Part shown: positions 19,630 to 30,615 of the stretch, one piece after another
How the letters are laid out: every line of letters begins with the position of its first letter
Position numbering within the stretch: position 1 is the stretch's first letter
Source: Ostreococcus lucimarinus
Lineage: Eukaryota
Direction: 5' to 3' (one strand)
Assembly (NCBI GenBank): GCA_000092065.1
Contig: CP000597.1
DNA: 64,000 bases
The notes under the pieces: model-generated
Seen by the model: the letters and a program-made list of their open reading frames with translations, nothing else
What the model was told of the DNA's origin: nothing
Database searches by the model: none
Translations under genes and position numbers: made by a program

Positions 19630-21063
19630 TTAGAACCACGAAGCCTCGGCACGGGTATTTTGCCTCGTCCCGGCGAGTGTCGATCGGCAAATCACGCATT
19701 GCCCGGTCTCGAACGCCGCTTTTGTCGAATGAAGCGCCCCGCACGCTTTGCATTCGATCCCGTTCGCACTTTTCGGGATAGATTCCAGAGTCGCCGCGCA
19801 CATCTTCTTAGGATCTTCGGTTTCCGGAACGTCGTCGGTCCTTTGGCCTCGCATCTCACACTGCGCCAGCATGGCTTCCAAATTTCCCCAATTTGACGAT
19901 GATGTTATCGACATTAGCTCTTTGATCATCTCCCCCGCCACCCCGGCGTTGCCTACCTTGAAATTTTTCGCGCTGGCGAACCGAAGCGACGCCCGGCGGT
20001 GTCGATCCTCGACTCTAGGCAGTGCTACGAGGTGCCGCGTCAACCGAGCGCACTCGCTGACGTTACCTGCCAGAAACGTCGAGCAGTCGCGCAATATTTT
20101 GCACGTTGTCGCGTACGCCGCGCATCTAAGCGCGATAGGATCTCCACTGTGCACCGCATTCACGGCTCCCGCGACAAACGCGAACAGCGCCTCGCTAAGC
20201 TTGTTGGCGTCGAACAGCTCGACTCCGCGATTGAACTCGCGTTGCGGGTTGATGGTATCGGTATCGGGTAGCGAAATTTGCGCTAGTTCTTCATAGAATG
20301 CCGATGATTCCGCTCCGAACGATCCTCTTGAGACGCCCCCGCGCGGGCTCACTACTCCGGACGTCGACCCTCCGCCTATCGATCGATTCGATGTTCGTCC
20401 TTCGTGCTCGCGACCACCTCCTCTTCCATTCAGGGCGTTTAATTCACGATTTTGTAGACTGGATCGACTCGGTGGAGACGATGTATGATGTCTGTCAACC
20501 GTGACGCTATCTATTCCCGACGAATCGGCCGTCGGTGTGCCGACGATGGCGTCGAGCATATCGTAAGGATCGACCGCAAGTGGCTTCGGCCTCGGCGTCG
20601 AGCGGGTAGGCGCCGCGACCGATTTCGACGCCGTCATCGTCGTGAAAGCCTCTAAATCACGCGTTAGCTGCGACAGACCTCCACGTTTCGTCGTTTGCGC
20701 CTCGTCTGATCCATCTTTCGCTACATCAACCGCCGCAGACGTCCCCGGCGCTTCATTTTCCGGTCGATCCGTCGTCGACGTCGCGTTTGAGTCAGCGTTC
20801 ACACCCTCGACGGCGTCCACGCGCGCCGACATCCTCGCCCGCGGCGGCGGTGCGAAAGAAAACGCATCTAACGGCTTCTCGTTCGTTTTCGCGTTCGTCA
20901 TCGCGGATAACGGCTTGATTTCAATCATAATCTTCCCCGGCGCACCGCGTCCAGACGCGCCCGGCCCTTCGGTTTCGTCGTCCGAAGAATCCACCGCACC
21001 ACCCTTCTTCGCGTAAAACGACGACGCATCGAGCGACATCTCCTTATCGTCGACCGCCTCCAA
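19630..21063 (-). CDS. hypothetical protein with Ser/Gly-rich middle and a Cys-rich C-terminus (IECKACGALHSTKAAFETGQCVICRS, possible zinc-binding)
   Basis: 1.4 kb ORF in a region of somewhat lower GC. No family recognised. Confidence 0.45.
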   Translation of the reverse strand: MEAVDDKEMSLDASSFYAKKGGAVDSSDDETEGPGASGRGAPGKIMIEIKPLSAMTNAKTNEKPLDAFSFAPPPRARMSARVDAVEGVNADSNATSTTDRPENEAPGTSAAVDVAKDGSDEAQTTKRGGLSQLTRDLEAFTTMTASKSVAAPTRSTPRPKPLAVDPYDMLDAIVGTPTADSSGIDSVTVDRHHTSSPPSRSSLQNRELNALNGRGGGREHEGRTSNRSIGGGSTSGVVSPRGGVSRGSFGAESSAFYEELAQISLPDTDTINPQREFNRGVELFDANKLSEALFAFVAGAVNAVHSGDPIALRCAAYATTCKILRDCSTFLAGNVSECARLTRHLVALPRVEDRHRRASLRFASAKNFKVGNAGVAGEMIKELMSITSSSNWGNLEAMLAQCEMRGQRTDDVPETEDPKKMCAATLESIPKSANGIECKACGALHSTKAAFETGQCVICRSTLAGTRQNTRAEASWF

Positions 21064-21348
21064 CGCCCTCGTGCCCGGACGCCGCGCGGCCTCGAGCGCT
21101 ACACCGCGTCAAACACGCGCGAGTGCGTTCCGATTGCGTTTTACACCGTCCACGAAATCAACCGCGCGCGTCGCCCTCGACGCGTCGATCGTCCGTCGCG
21201 CGTCGCCGCGCGCCCGCGCGGGATCCGTGCGCCCGCGCGCCCGCGCCTCGGGCTCGCGACGCGCCGGACGATCGCGACCCGGCGCGCGCGGAATGCCGCG
21301 GGTGCGTCCCCCCATCCTCACCTCCGTGGACCCGAGCGCGGTCGGTCG

Positions 21349-23148
21349 GTGTCGATCGCCATCGACCATCACCCAACCCCGTTTCGGGTTCACGACGTAA
21401 AAAACGAAACACGCGCGGGTTCGCGAAACGCAACGTGGTTCGATGACCGCGGATCGAACGTCATCGCGCGCATCGGAGATCGCGAAATCCAGTCGATCGC
21501 GAACGACCGAATCGAACCGCGCGCGTCGTCGATCGATGCGTTCGACGCGATCGATGGGACGAGGTTCGATGTGATCGCGCCGATCGATCGATCGATCGAT
21601 CGACGCGGCGCCGCGCGCGCGCGAATCGTCGGCACATCGCGCCGACGGATGGTGCGCGCGATGGACGTCGACGTCGTCGACCGGGCGTCGCGCGAGGGCG
21701 ATGAGATCGCGAAACGCGCCTCGCTGGACGTCGAGACGGGTCGGGACGCGAAGATGGGCGACGCGGGGGCGAGTTCGCGGTCGAATTCGTCCGCCGCCAC
21801 GGAGACTATGCGAAATGTCGATCGCGAATGCGGGACGACGGCGGAGCGACGAGGGAAGTACAGGTCGAGCGAGACGCACGAGGAGCACGTGAATAAGAAG
21901 ATACACGCGGCGAAGCGGCGGACGAGGAGCGAGCTGTCGGTGCGACAGGGAGGGTGGGCGAAGCACGGGTACGCGTACGAGGACGCGGACGCGACGTCGC
22001 GGTCGTTGAAACATTTACACGCGATCGAGCGGATATCGGTGAAGACGACGACAAAGGAAGAGTTTATCGAAAGGTTCGAGAGGACACGGACGCCGTGCGT
22101 GATCACGGACGCGATGGAGGATTGGGGGTGTTATAAAAACGACGGCGGGCGGTTTTGGAGCGTAGACACGCTCGCGGAGCGGTTTCGAGAGGTCAAGTTC
22201 AAGGTGGGGACGGACGACGATGGGTACCCGGTGCGGTTGAAGATGAAGCACATTCAGCATTACGTGAACGATCCGGTGCACATGCGAGACGATAGTCCGA
22301 TGTATGCGTTCGACGGGAGCGTCTTTGACAAGCCGGAGACAAAGTCGTTATTGGAGGACTTCAAGATTCCAGATTGGTTCGAGGAGGATTTGTTCAAGCA
22401 CGTCGGGGCGAAGCGTCGACCGCCTTATCGATGGATCGTTTTTGGGCCGCCTCGGAGCGGTTCGTCCGTGCACGTTGACCCGTTGGCGACGAGCGCTTGG
22501 AATGCGTTGATTTCGGGACGCAAGCGTTGGGCGCTTTATCCGCCGCGCTCGGTGGACAAGGCGACGATCAAGCCGCGAGGAATTGGTCTGGATGGTGAAT
22601 CGGTGACCTGGTTCAACAAAATGTACCCTCGAACGACGACAGAGGAGTGGAAGCGCCAAGGATTGCCCCCACCCATTGATGTCATCCAACATCCTGGGGA
22701 AATCATGTTCGTTCCAGACGGTTGGTGGCACGCAGTGCTGAATCTCGACCACACCATGGCGGTGACGCAAAACTTTTCGACTTCCGCCCGATTCGACGCG
22801 GTGTGGCGCATCACGCGTCGAGCGCGACCGAAAATGTCTGCTAGATGGCTGGAAAAGTTGCGACGGGTTCGTCCAGATTTAGCCGAGGTGGCGGATGCGC
22901 AGCCTCGTCGAAGCGAAGTCAGCGCAGGTGAACAAACGAGTTCGACGAGCAGTTCATCCTCTGGTTCAAGCGATACCGAAGCCGAAGCCGAGGACGAGGT
23001 CATGACGAAAGAACGCGAGACCTTTGAGCGAGCCGCGGGGGGCGGCGGCGACGCCTCGACCAAACGCACGAGAACTGGAGACGGTTTGATCGCCGACCTG
23101 GCCGCGGAAAAGATGCGCGCGGCGTCGAAATCGATGGACATCAACTAA
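21349..23148 (+). CDS. JMJD6: JmjC-domain protein, JMJD6 (2OG/Fe(II) oxygenase) orthologue
   Basis: Alignable to JMJD6 over the whole catalytic region: EEFIERFERTRTPCVI...FKVGTDDDGYPVRLKMKHIQHYV...DDSPMYAFDGSVFDK...KRRPPYRWIVFGPPRSGSSVHVDPLATSAWNALISGRKRWALYP...HPGEIMFVPDGWWHAVLNLDHTMAVTQNF. The start is more likely an internal Met around 21754-21808. Confidence 0.75.
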   Translation: MSIAIDHHPTPFRVHDVKNETRAGSRNATWFDDRGSNVIARIGDREIQSIANDRIEPRASSIDAFDAIDGTRFDVIAPIDRSIDRRGAARARIVGTSRRRMVRAMDVDVVDRASREGDEIAKRASLDVETGRDAKMGDAGASSRSNSSAATETMRNVDRECGTTAERRGKYRSSETHEEHVNKKIHAAKRRTRSELSVRQGGWAKHGYAYEDADATSRSLKHLHAIERISVKTTTKEEFIERFERTRTPCVITDAMEDWGCYKNDGGRFWSVDTLAERFREVKFKVGTDDDGYPVRLKMKHIQHYVNDPVHMRDDSPMYAFDGSVFDKPETKSLLEDFKIPDWFEEDLFKHVGAKRRPPYRWIVFGPPRSGSSVHVDPLATSAWNALISGRKRWALYPPRSVDKATIKPRGIGLDGESVTWFNKMYPRTTTEEWKRQGLPPPIDVIQHPGEIMFVPDGWWHAVLNLDHTMAVTQNFSTSARFDAVWRITRRARPKMSARWLEKLRRVRPDLAEVADAQPRRSEVSAGEQTSSTSSSSSGSSDTEAEAEDEVMTKERETFERAAGGGGDASTKRTRTGDGLIADLAAEKMRAASKSMDIN

Positions 23149-23212
23149 AAATTACGATATCAGAGGCACTCATCATTAATTCATTGTACAATTGTTGTGA
23201 AACACATATAAT

Positions 23213-24322
23213 CTACACATTCAATGTCCACGCCATATCAATCTCTGTCTCGGTCAGGCGCTCCGAGTACGAGCTCCTGACGCCACTTTCGTCTAAGAAC
23301 GCCGTCAAACAAAATCCTAAATATTCCGTCGAGGGCGATCCGAGTCCTCGCGAGACAAGCTCGCGAGCGCCCCACAGCGTGGCCGGTCCGTTGACGCGAA
23401 CGCGAACGCGTCGCTCGCGCTCAGCCGAGGACGCCATCTCGGCATCCGACTGCGCGGCACCCCTCAAATCGTAATCCACGCTGATCCTCAACGCGTACCC
23501 GCTCCTCACGAACACCTCCGCGATATCTCGCATACCCTCCACCGCGAGATCGAGCCGCTCCTTCCCTCCCCTCGCCGATACCGGTGCCGGCGTGCCCTTG
23601 AAGTACGCCACGTCGAAATCCTCCCCGCGATCGAACCCTCTCCGCAAGCGTTCATAAATCTTTTTCCCACACCTCTCCGCGATCGCCTCGGGCAAGTTCG
23701 CGTTATCCATCAACGCGGGATCCCTCCGCACGACCGTCACGAGACCCTCCGCTCCCGTACGTTCCTCAAAAACCTTCGCCGCCTTTGGAATCGCTCGCGA
23801 CGCGCACGCCATCTGCACGAACGTCACAAAGTCGAAATACAGCGGATCCGTGATTTTCCCTTGCTCGATCCGCAGCGGTTCGTACAAATACTTGTACGGC
23901 TCCCACTCCGACGCTCGAAACTTCCACGACGTCGCCTGGAACTCGTCCATCGGGAGCATGTCCACGTCGTCGATCGCCTCGTACGCCGACCGCAGCAGCA
24001 GCACCGCGAACGCGCCCTCGAGCGGCTTTCGCGGGAACTTCACCGGCACCGGCGCGCTCGGCGGCGGCGCGAACGCGAAATTTCCCGCGTTTTCGCGCGT
24101 CGGCGCGTACGCGTTCGCGCGCGCGTCCCTCGCCGCGCGCCGTCGGCCGTCGTCGTCGTCGTCGTCACCGTCCCTCGTCGCGCTCTCCGCGCGCCTCGTC
24201 GTCGCGATCAGGGGCGCCAACGCCGCGTACGCGGACATGACGTCGCGACGCGTCATCGCGCGCGCCGTCACGCGCCGACGCGGCGCCACCGACGCGCGCG
24301 GCGCGACGCGCGCGCGGCACAT
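23213..24322 (-). CDS. conserved hypothetical protein, possibly organelle-targeted (N-terminal MTRRDVMSAYAALAPLIATTRRAESA)
   Basis: 1.1 kb ORF with good codon bias and non-repetitive sequence (…YKYLYEPLRIEQGKITDPLYFDFVTFVQMACASRAIPKAAKVFEERTG…). No family recognised by eye. Start may be internal (24256 or 24238). Confidence 0.45.
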   Translation of the reverse strand: MCRARVAPRASVAPRRRVTARAMTRRDVMSAYAALAPLIATTRRAESATRDGDDDDDDGRRRAARDARANAYAPTRENAGNFAFAPPPSAPVPVKFPRKPLEGAFAVLLLRSAYEAIDDVDMLPMDEFQATSWKFRASEWEPYKYLYEPLRIEQGKITDPLYFDFVTFVQMACASRAIPKAAKVFEERTGAEGLVTVVRRDPALMDNANLPEAIAERCGKKIYERLRRGFDRGEDFDVAYFKGTPAPVSARGGKERLDLAVEGMRDIAEVFVRSGYALRISVDYDLRGAAQSDAEMASSAERERRVRVRVNGPATLWGARELVSRGLGSPSTEYLGFCLTAFLDESGVRSSYSERLTETEIDMAWTLNV

Positions 24323-24333
24323 CGCGGCTCGAA

Positions 24334-26283
24334 ATGATGCGAGTCGTCGTCGCGCGCGCGCTCCGCGCGCACGCGCTCGAGCGCGCGCGCGGCGATCGCT
24401 CGACGAAGACCGTCGTCGTCGCGCGCGCGCTTCGTCGGCGGTCGAGCGCGATCGAGGCGACGCCGAGCGCGAGCGGTGGCGGCGGCGGCGGCGGTTGGGC
24501 GAGCGGATTGCGACGCGCCGCGGGCGACGAGCGCGACGACGACGACCGCGACGCGTACGAAGACGACGGTCGAGCTTCGCGCTCGCGCGCGAGCGCGCGC
24601 GAGGGGCGAACGAGCGCGGGAGGGTTCGGGGAAGGACGAGAGGAGTGGCGCGGACGCGGCGACGGGGACGACGGCGCGCGGCGACGACGGTCGCGACCGA
24701 CGGGCGATCGAGCGCGCTCGCGCGGGAGACACGATCAGAGGCACGGCGCGCAGTCGTACGGACGAGGCGGACGAAGAGACGACGCGAGGGAGGGCGCGAG
24801 AGGGCGAGATCGGGAGGCGGCGCGGGAGGACGAGGGGCCGAAGCCGGTTCGAGCGGGACATCGGAGGTTTTACGCGACGTGTCATCCGGGTTTGGAGGAC
24901 GTCGTGGCGCGAGAGTTGGCGTCGCCGATGATAAATGCGAGTGATATCGTGATCGGGAAGTCTGGGGTGTCGTTTACGGGGACGCAAAGAGTTGGGTACG
25001 ACGCGAACGTGTGGCTGCGGAGCGCGGTTCGCGTGCTCGTGGAGCTCAAGCGAGGATATTTGGATCCATACGTGAGCGGGACGCAGAGTGTGTACGAGTT
25101 CGTGAAGCACGCCGTGCCTTGGGAAGAGGTCATACCGGGAGGCGAGCGCGGAGATGGGCTGAAGTTCGGCGTGGAGACGCGCCTGTGGGACTGCTCGCAG
25201 ATTACTTCGTCGCACGCCGCGAAGATTCGCGTCAAGGACGCCGTGTGCGACGCCCTCGTGGACGCCACGGGAACGAGGCCTTCGCCGCCGGATAATTACG
25301 CCGCCGCGGATGTGCCTCTTTACGTCACCCTGTATCGCGACGAGATCATCATGTACCGCGATATGAGCGGAGAATCGCTGCACAGACGGGGATACCGCAA
25401 CGCCATGCATCGCGCGTCGCTGAGCGAAAGCGCGGCGGCGGGGATGTTAAGTTTGGCGGGATGGCCCGATATGCTCGAAGAGTGGCAACGCGACCCCGCT
25501 GGATCGCCGCCACCCGTACTCATCGATCCCATGTGCGGAAGCGGGACGTTCCTCATCGAGGGCGCGCTCATGGCGGCCAACGTCGCCCCCGGTTTGATTC
25601 GCAGCGAAACCATCGGGTACGCGTTTGAGCGATGGCCCGATCACAATCCGAGAACTTTTGAGGAGTGCTTAGAAAATGCCAGAAGAATAGGAGCAGAAAC
25701 GCGCACGGCGGTACCGACGCCGCCCGTGATCATCGGGAACGATATACATCCAGGGGCGGTGACGTTGGCGGGTCAAGGATCAGAGACGGCGCGCGTGGCG
25801 GGCATGATCGACGTCTTCAGAAACGATTGCGAGATGTTCAACATCACCGCATCGAGCGCTGGGGCGAAAATCGCCCCGAACGCACCCAAACTCGTCGTGA
25901 CGAACCCACCGTGGGGTAAACGAATCGGCGCGGGCGAACCCGCCGGTAGACGACGCGTGGGCCCTGGGGATTACGACGACGAATACGGCGACGAAGACTC
26001 GTTCGATCGCGACACGACGGTTGGTTCGAACGACATCAGCGCAGAAGAAGCGCTCGAGCAGGTGTGGAATTCATTAGGCGTATTCTTAAAGCGCGAGTGT
26101 CCCGACTCTTCGGCTTTCGTGCTCAGTGGAAACCCAGAGGTATCTCGCGCGATTCGCATGCGAGCGTCTCGTAAACACGTCGTCGGCATCGGCGGCGTCG
26201 ATTGCCGGCTGCTCCGGTACGATATTTTGCCCCCCAAACCACCCGGCTACGCCCCAAGGCAGCGATTAGAGGAGCGCGATTGA
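24334..26283 (+). CDS. THUMP-domain N2-guanine RNA methyltransferase, RlmL/RlmK (YcbY)-like, probably organelle-targeted
   Basis: FYATCHPGLEDVVARELA (THUMP start), SAM-binding motif DPMCGSGTFLIEGALMAA and catalytic VVTNPPWGKRIG (cf. RlmL DPMCGSGTLLIEAA / NPPYGERL). The Arg/Gly/Asp-rich first ~170 codons are of uncertain status. Confidence 0.7.
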   Translation: MMRVVVARALRAHALERARGDRSTKTVVVARALRRRSSAIEATPSASGGGGGGGWASGLRRAAGDERDDDDRDAYEDDGRASRSRASAREGRTSAGGFGEGREEWRGRGDGDDGARRRRSRPTGDRARSRGRHDQRHGAQSYGRGGRRDDAREGARGRDREAAREDEGPKPVRAGHRRFYATCHPGLEDVVARELASPMINASDIVIGKSGVSFTGTQRVGYDANVWLRSAVRVLVELKRGYLDPYVSGTQSVYEFVKHAVPWEEVIPGGERGDGLKFGVETRLWDCSQITSSHAAKIRVKDAVCDALVDATGTRPSPPDNYAAADVPLYVTLYRDEIIMYRDMSGESLHRRGYRNAMHRASLSESAAAGMLSLAGWPDMLEEWQRDPAGSPPPVLIDPMCGSGTFLIEGALMAANVAPGLIRSETIGYAFERWPDHNPRTFEECLENARRIGAETRTAVPTPPVIIGNDIHPGAVTLAGQGSETARVAGMIDVFRNDCEMFNITASSAGAKIAPNAPKLVVTNPPWGKRIGAGEPAGRRRVGPGDYDDEYGDEDSFDRDTTVGSNDISAEEALEQVWNSLGVFLKRECPDSSAFVLSGNPEVSRAIRMRASRKHVVGIGGVDCRLLRYDILPPKPPGYAPRQRLEERD

Positions 26284-26340
26284 ACGACGAGGCGCGAACG
26301 GTCGCAAGAATGTGTGATGTTGTAATATTTCAGCGAGCTT

Positions 26341-27180
26341 TTACTTCAAGAACGTGCACGTGATCCACATCGCGACAAAGCTGAACAACGCGAGTATCAG
26401 CTCCGGGGCCACACCCTGCGGGAACAGTGGGATGTACACCGGCACGATCGACCCCACGAGCCACGCGAGCAAAAGCGCGATGAGAGAGTCCCTAAAAGCC
26501 TTTCCGAGCGTTCCCTGACCCCCGCGCTTTTCGTTCAAAAAGTACACGCACGTCCCGAACGCGCACGCCATCTGAAACGCCGGTCCACTCGTCGCCGGCG
26601 CCGCGATCGCCCATCCAGATATGATCACATACAGCATCGTCCGTCTGATCAGCGTCTGTTGATCCGGTTTCGCGAACATCGCCTTCACCCGCTGCACCAA
26701 CGGCGCGTCGTAATCGACCCCATCCTTATTCTTCTCCTTCTTCATCTTCCTAAGTCCCTTCTGCATCTTCCGCGTCGACAGTCTCTCGGATATCACCTTA
26801 TCGTACGCCGCCTCGATCGCCTCCACCCCTCGTTCGTCTCCCGCGTGCTCGCGAATCAAGTAATTAAACGCGCTCGACACCTCCTCGCTCGTCGCGTCCG
26901 CGTCGATCCCTAACCTCTTGTACGGGTCCTTCTCCTTCGTCCGCGCGAACGCGTTCGTCGGCCGCTTCGCCGCCGCGCCTCGAGCGTCGCTCTCGGCGTC
27001 GCCGCGCGCGTCGAACCCGCCGTCGTCGGCGCTCGCGCCGTCCATCGCGGCGTCGGCGCGTCGGACGAGCGAATCGCGGCGTCGCGCGCCGCCTCGCGCC
27101 TCGGCGCCTCGGCGCGCGCTCGAGAGGCGCGCGCGCGCGCGAACGGCGACGCGCGGGCGCGCGACGACGACGCGCGACAT
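26341..27180 (-). CDS. J-like-domain membrane protein, CPP1/CDF1-like (chaperone-like protein of POR), with a plastid transit-like N-terminus
   Basis: DPYKRLGIDADATSEEVSSAFNYLIREHAGDERGVEAIEAAYDKV (J-like domain) followed by about four hydrophobic helices (...LYVIISGWAIAAP..., ...LLLAWLVGSIVPVYIPLFP..., ...LILALFSFVAMWITCTF). Confidence 0.55.
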   Translation of the reverse strand: MSRVVVARPRVAVRARARLSSARRGAEARGGARRRDSLVRRADAAMDGASADDGGFDARGDAESDARGAAAKRPTNAFARTKEKDPYKRLGIDADATSEEVSSAFNYLIREHAGDERGVEAIEAAYDKVISERLSTRKMQKGLRKMKKEKNKDGVDYDAPLVQRVKAMFAKPDQQTLIRRTMLYVIISGWAIAAPATSGPAFQMACAFGTCVYFLNEKRGGQGTLGKAFRDSLIALLLAWLVGSIVPVYIPLFPQGVAPELILALFSFVAMWITCTFLK

Positions 27181-27566
27181 CGCGGCGCGCGCGCGTGGGA
27201 GTGCGCGCGCGCGAGCCCGGCGCGCGGCGCGAGGGCGCGCAAAGCCCTCGGAGTCCGTCCGTCGAGTCGTGAACGGTCAATCAGTCGATCGAGGGAAATC
27301 AGAGGAGGACCGAGACGACCGAGCGACGAAGAGAGACGAAGGAGAGATGAAGAAAGAAAGATTGTTATTCGCGAGAACGTCAGAGATGGCGTCGAAACGA
27401 CCGATGGCGATGGCGCGATGGCGCGACGACGATCGTCGACGCGAATCGCCGGCGGTTCCTCGCGGAACGGCGCGCGGAGGCGACGACGACGATCGTCGAC
27501 GCGGAATCGACGACGATGAATGAGATGTCTTGGTACAGCGACGGTGAGGCGAGAGGGCGTCGCCGT

Positions 27567-28394
27567 TTACGCGGTGATCGCCGTGGGCATGACGCGCTTA
27601 CCGATGGCGACGGCGTACTTGCCGCCGGCGACGGCGTACGGCGCGGCGACGTCGATGGCTTTGCTCACGACGGGCTGCGCCAACACGCGCTCGGCGACCG
27701 GGGTCGCCTTTTCGACGACCGCCACGACGCGCGGATTGGTGATGACCTGCTCCCACAACGACTTGACGCGAGCGAAGAGCTTATCGGAATCGAGAGCCGC
27801 GCGCGCTTGCGCGATGGCCATCTTCAACGCCGTCATCGCCTCCTCCGGGAGCTTCACCGCGCGCGTCTTCAATTCCTCGATCGCGTGCTCAACCTTGGAC
27901 AAGTACTCCGATCTCGCTTGTTTCAGCGCATCTAAGTTATCCGGATACTGTTCCTTCGCCTTGATCGCGTACGCGTACGCCGCGTTCGCCGTCTTCACCG
28001 GCGCCGAATTCTTCACGCGCGTCTCGTACGCCTCGTTCAGCACCTTCACCGCCCGGTCCACGTTCGCGTCCGCCTTCATCAGCGCCACCGGATACGTCTC
28101 ACACACCTTCTTCGCCACCGGTTGTCCGTAATGCGCGATCAAGCTTTCAATCTTGGTCAACGACCCTCGCAGCGCGGTCGCGTCTCGCGCCTTTTCGTAC
28201 GCCGCCGTCGCCCGCTTCGTCAACGCGTGCGTCTTCACGTACTCCAGCGACGTCTCCGTCGCGTTCACCACGAACGCCAACTGCTTCAATTCGTTCGTCG
28301 CGGTCGTCGTTTCGCCCTTTTCGACCACCGGGGCGACCGTTTTCGGCTTGGGCATCTTTTTAATCTTTTCCACGGACGGTTGCTCGAGGCTCAT
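27567..28394 (-). CDS. REF/SRPP-like (rubber elongation factor / stress-related protein family, lipid-droplet associated) protein; assignment tentative
   Basis: LKQLAFVVNATETSLEYVKTHA...YGQPVAKKVCETYPVALMKADANVDRAVKVLNEAYE resembles the SRPP N-terminal region (LKYLDFV...). Codon bias is clean. Confidence 0.45.
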   Translation of the reverse strand: MSLEQPSVEKIKKMPKPKTVAPVVEKGETTTATNELKQLAFVVNATETSLEYVKTHALTKRATAAYEKARDATALRGSLTKIESLIAHYGQPVAKKVCETYPVALMKADANVDRAVKVLNEAYETRVKNSAPVKTANAAYAYAIKAKEQYPDNLDALKQARSEYLSKVEHAIEELKTRAVKLPEEAMTALKMAIAQARAALDSDKLFARVKSLWEQVITNPRVVAVVEKATPVAERVLAQPVVSKAIDVAAPYAVAGGKYAVAIGKRVMPTAITA

Positions 28395-28620
28395 CTTTTC
28401 GTGCGCGTCGTAAAACGTCTCCTCGGGCGCGTCGTCGCGGGCGTCGATCGTCGATCGTTTGATCGTTTTCGTCTGTGCGCGCGCGTCGCGCGATTCACGG
28501 AACGGAATCGTGACGGTGCGTCGCGATGTGATGCATCAGCGGCGCGCGCGGTGCCCTCTGCCAGCGCTGGCGCCGACGCGCGCGACGGAAGGCGAAAGCG
28601 GGACGTCGATTACAACAAGA

Positions 28621-29808
28621 TCAAGACGAGAAAGAGTCGAGGTAGCCGTGTAAAGAGGTGGCGCCGCCGGTGTGCAAGAAACAGACTCGATCGCCCGGTT
28701 TGAAGACGCCGCGCGCGCAATAGTCAATCAAACCGGCGCCGGCTTTGCCGCTGTAGACGGGATCGAGGAGGACGCCCTCCGTCGACGCGAAGAGCCTGAT
28801 GGCGTCGATGGTTTGCGAGGTCGGGATGCCGTAGCCGTCGCCGACGTAATTGGTGTCGGCGACGATCTTGGAACGCTCGATCGGACGGATGCCGAGCTCG
28901 GCGCACGTCGCGAGGGCGAGCGCGTGCACGTTGGCTTCTTGCGTCGGTTGCGGCGCGCGGACGCCGAACCCGAGCAAGGGAAGGGAAGAATCGACGGAGT
29001 GTAAGCCGACGGCGAGTCCCGCCTGCGTACCCGCGCTACCGGTGGCGTGCACGAGATGATCGAACTCGATATCCATCTCGCGCGCTTGATCCAAGAGCTC
29101 GTGCGCCGCGCGCACGTATCCCAAAGCGCCTCGCGGGCACGACCCGCCGCCTACGATGGTGTACACTTTCTCGCCTTTCGCGCGAAACTCGTCCGCCACG
29201 CGCTCAAGCTCTTCGTTCATGTTTAACCCCTGGTCACCCGGACGGTATTCTCGCGTCGCACCGAACAAATCATCCAACAAAACGTTCCCGTTTCGCGTGT
29301 AGTTTTCGTCCTCGCGTCCCGTCCGATCCTCGAGCAAGACGTGACACTTCAATCCCAATTTCGCACACGCCGCCGCGGTTTGCCGCGCGTGATTCGATTG
29401 CGTCGCCCCTTGCGTCATCACCATCGTCGCCCCCACGGCGAGGGCTTCGGCCATGAGATACTCCAGCTTTCGCGTCTTATTCCCTCCCGTCAGCACGCCG
29501 TACGCGTCGTCCCGCTTCGCGTACACTCGCACGCCGTTCAACTTCTCGCTCAATCGCGGCAAGTACTCCAACGGCGTCGGTCCGTGCGCGAACGATTCAA
29601 CTCTCGGAAACGCTTTCAACGCCTCGCGCGCGTTCACCGCCGACGTCGCGTCCAGCGCCGCGTCGTTCGCGATCGCGCGTCGTCGCGACGCTTCGGATCC
29701 TCGCGATGTCGACCGCATCGTCTTCGACGCCGCGCTTCGGCGTCCTCCTCGCGTCGTCGCCCCGAGCGCGGGCGCGCGCGTCTTCATCGTCTTCATCGTC
29801 GTCTTCAT
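28621..29808 (-). CDS. PLP-dependent D-cysteine desulfhydrase / ACC deaminase family enzyme with an N-terminal presequence
   Basis: [48 protein letters not shown]...[27 protein letters not shown]... The GGNKTRKLE motif is diagnostic for this family. Confidence 0.8.
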   Translation of the reverse strand: MKTTMKTMKTRAPALGATTRGGRRSAASKTMRSTSRGSEASRRRAIANDAALDATSAVNAREALKAFPRVESFAHGPTPLEYLPRLSEKLNGVRVYAKRDDAYGVLTGGNKTRKLEYLMAEALAVGATMVMTQGATQSNHARQTAAACAKLGLKCHVLLEDRTGREDENYTRNGNVLLDDLFGATREYRPGDQGLNMNEELERVADEFRAKGEKVYTIVGGGSCPRGALGYVRAAHELLDQAREMDIEFDHLVHATGSAGTQAGLAVGLHSVDSSLPLLGFGVRAPQPTQEANVHALALATCAELGIRPIERSKIVADTNYVGDGYGIPTSQTIDAIRLFASTEGVLLDPVYSGKAGAGLIDYCARGVFKPGDRVCFLHTGGATSLHGYLDSFSS

Positions 29809-30072
29809 TCGTCTCGCGCGTCGGTCGCGTCGCGCGCGCGCGCGTGTGCGCGGTCGGCACCCGCGCGTCGGCGTCGACGCCCAACCGTCGGCGACCGACC
29901 GATTTTATCCGATCCCGACGCGAACGACAGCGCATATACGAGACGACGCGACGCTTATGTGCGAAAAGCATACACGCGCCGCACACGGTACGGGATTTCA
30001 TACCGCGCGCGCCCGCGCGCGCGGCGCCGCGACGCGCGCGCGGCGCGACGCGACGCCTCGACGCCGACGGCG

Positions 30073-30615
30073 ATGGCGGCGACGGCGGCGACGACGACGA
30101 CGTCGATGAACGCGACGTCGGCGCGCTCGAGCGCGCGCGCGACGCGCGCGCGACGCGCGGATAAAACGACCGCGCGCGCGCGCCGACGCGCCGACGACGG
30201 CGACGACGACGGACGCGCGGCGACGACGACGACGCGCGCGGCGTGCGCGGCGATCGCGGCGATGGCGATGGCGTGCTCGAGCGCGCGGGCTTACGTCCCG
30301 GGATTCTTCGCGGCGAGCGCGGAGGCGAGCGAGACGACGACGACGACCTTCGCGGGGCGGTACGCCGACCCGAAACACCCGGGGTGCCTGCGAGAGATCT
30401 CGGCCGACGGCACGGTGCGAGGCGAAGACGGCGATCCGGGGTGCGGGAAGACGACGCGGACGCGGCCGTGGACCCTGAGCGGGGTGATCGACGTGAACGA
30501 CGACTCGATATTCATCGACTTTAGCCCGAAGGGCGGACCGGCGAACTTGCTCGGCGAACGCGTCGAGGGGGGGGTGAAATTTCCCGACGGTAACGTCTGG
30601 CGCAAGCTCGAGTGA
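30073..30615 (+). CDS. small hypothetical protein (~180 aa) with an Ala/Thr/Arg-rich presequence
   Basis: The codon-biased part of ORF 29341..30615 lies downstream of ATG 30073 (...FAGRYADPKHPGCLREISADGTVRGEDGDPGCGKTTRTRPWTLSGVIDVNDDSIFIDFSPKGGPANLLGERVEGGVKFPDGNVWRKLE). The upstream ORF portion is antisense of the desulfhydrase gene. Confidence 0.4.
   Translation: MAATAATTTTSMNATSARSSARATRARRADKTTARARRRADDGDDDGRAATTTTRAACAAIAAMAMACSSARAYVPGFFAASAEASETTTTTFAGRYADPKHPGCLREISADGTVRGEDGDPGCGKTTRTRPWTLSGVIDVNDDSIFIDFSPKGGPANLLGERVEGGVKFPDGNVWRKLE

Noticed and set aside
29341-30072. 5' two-thirds of ORF 29341..30615 (+)
   Set aside because: Antisense of the well-supported D-cysteine desulfhydrase gene. 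Only the part after ATG 30073 has coding-like codon bias.
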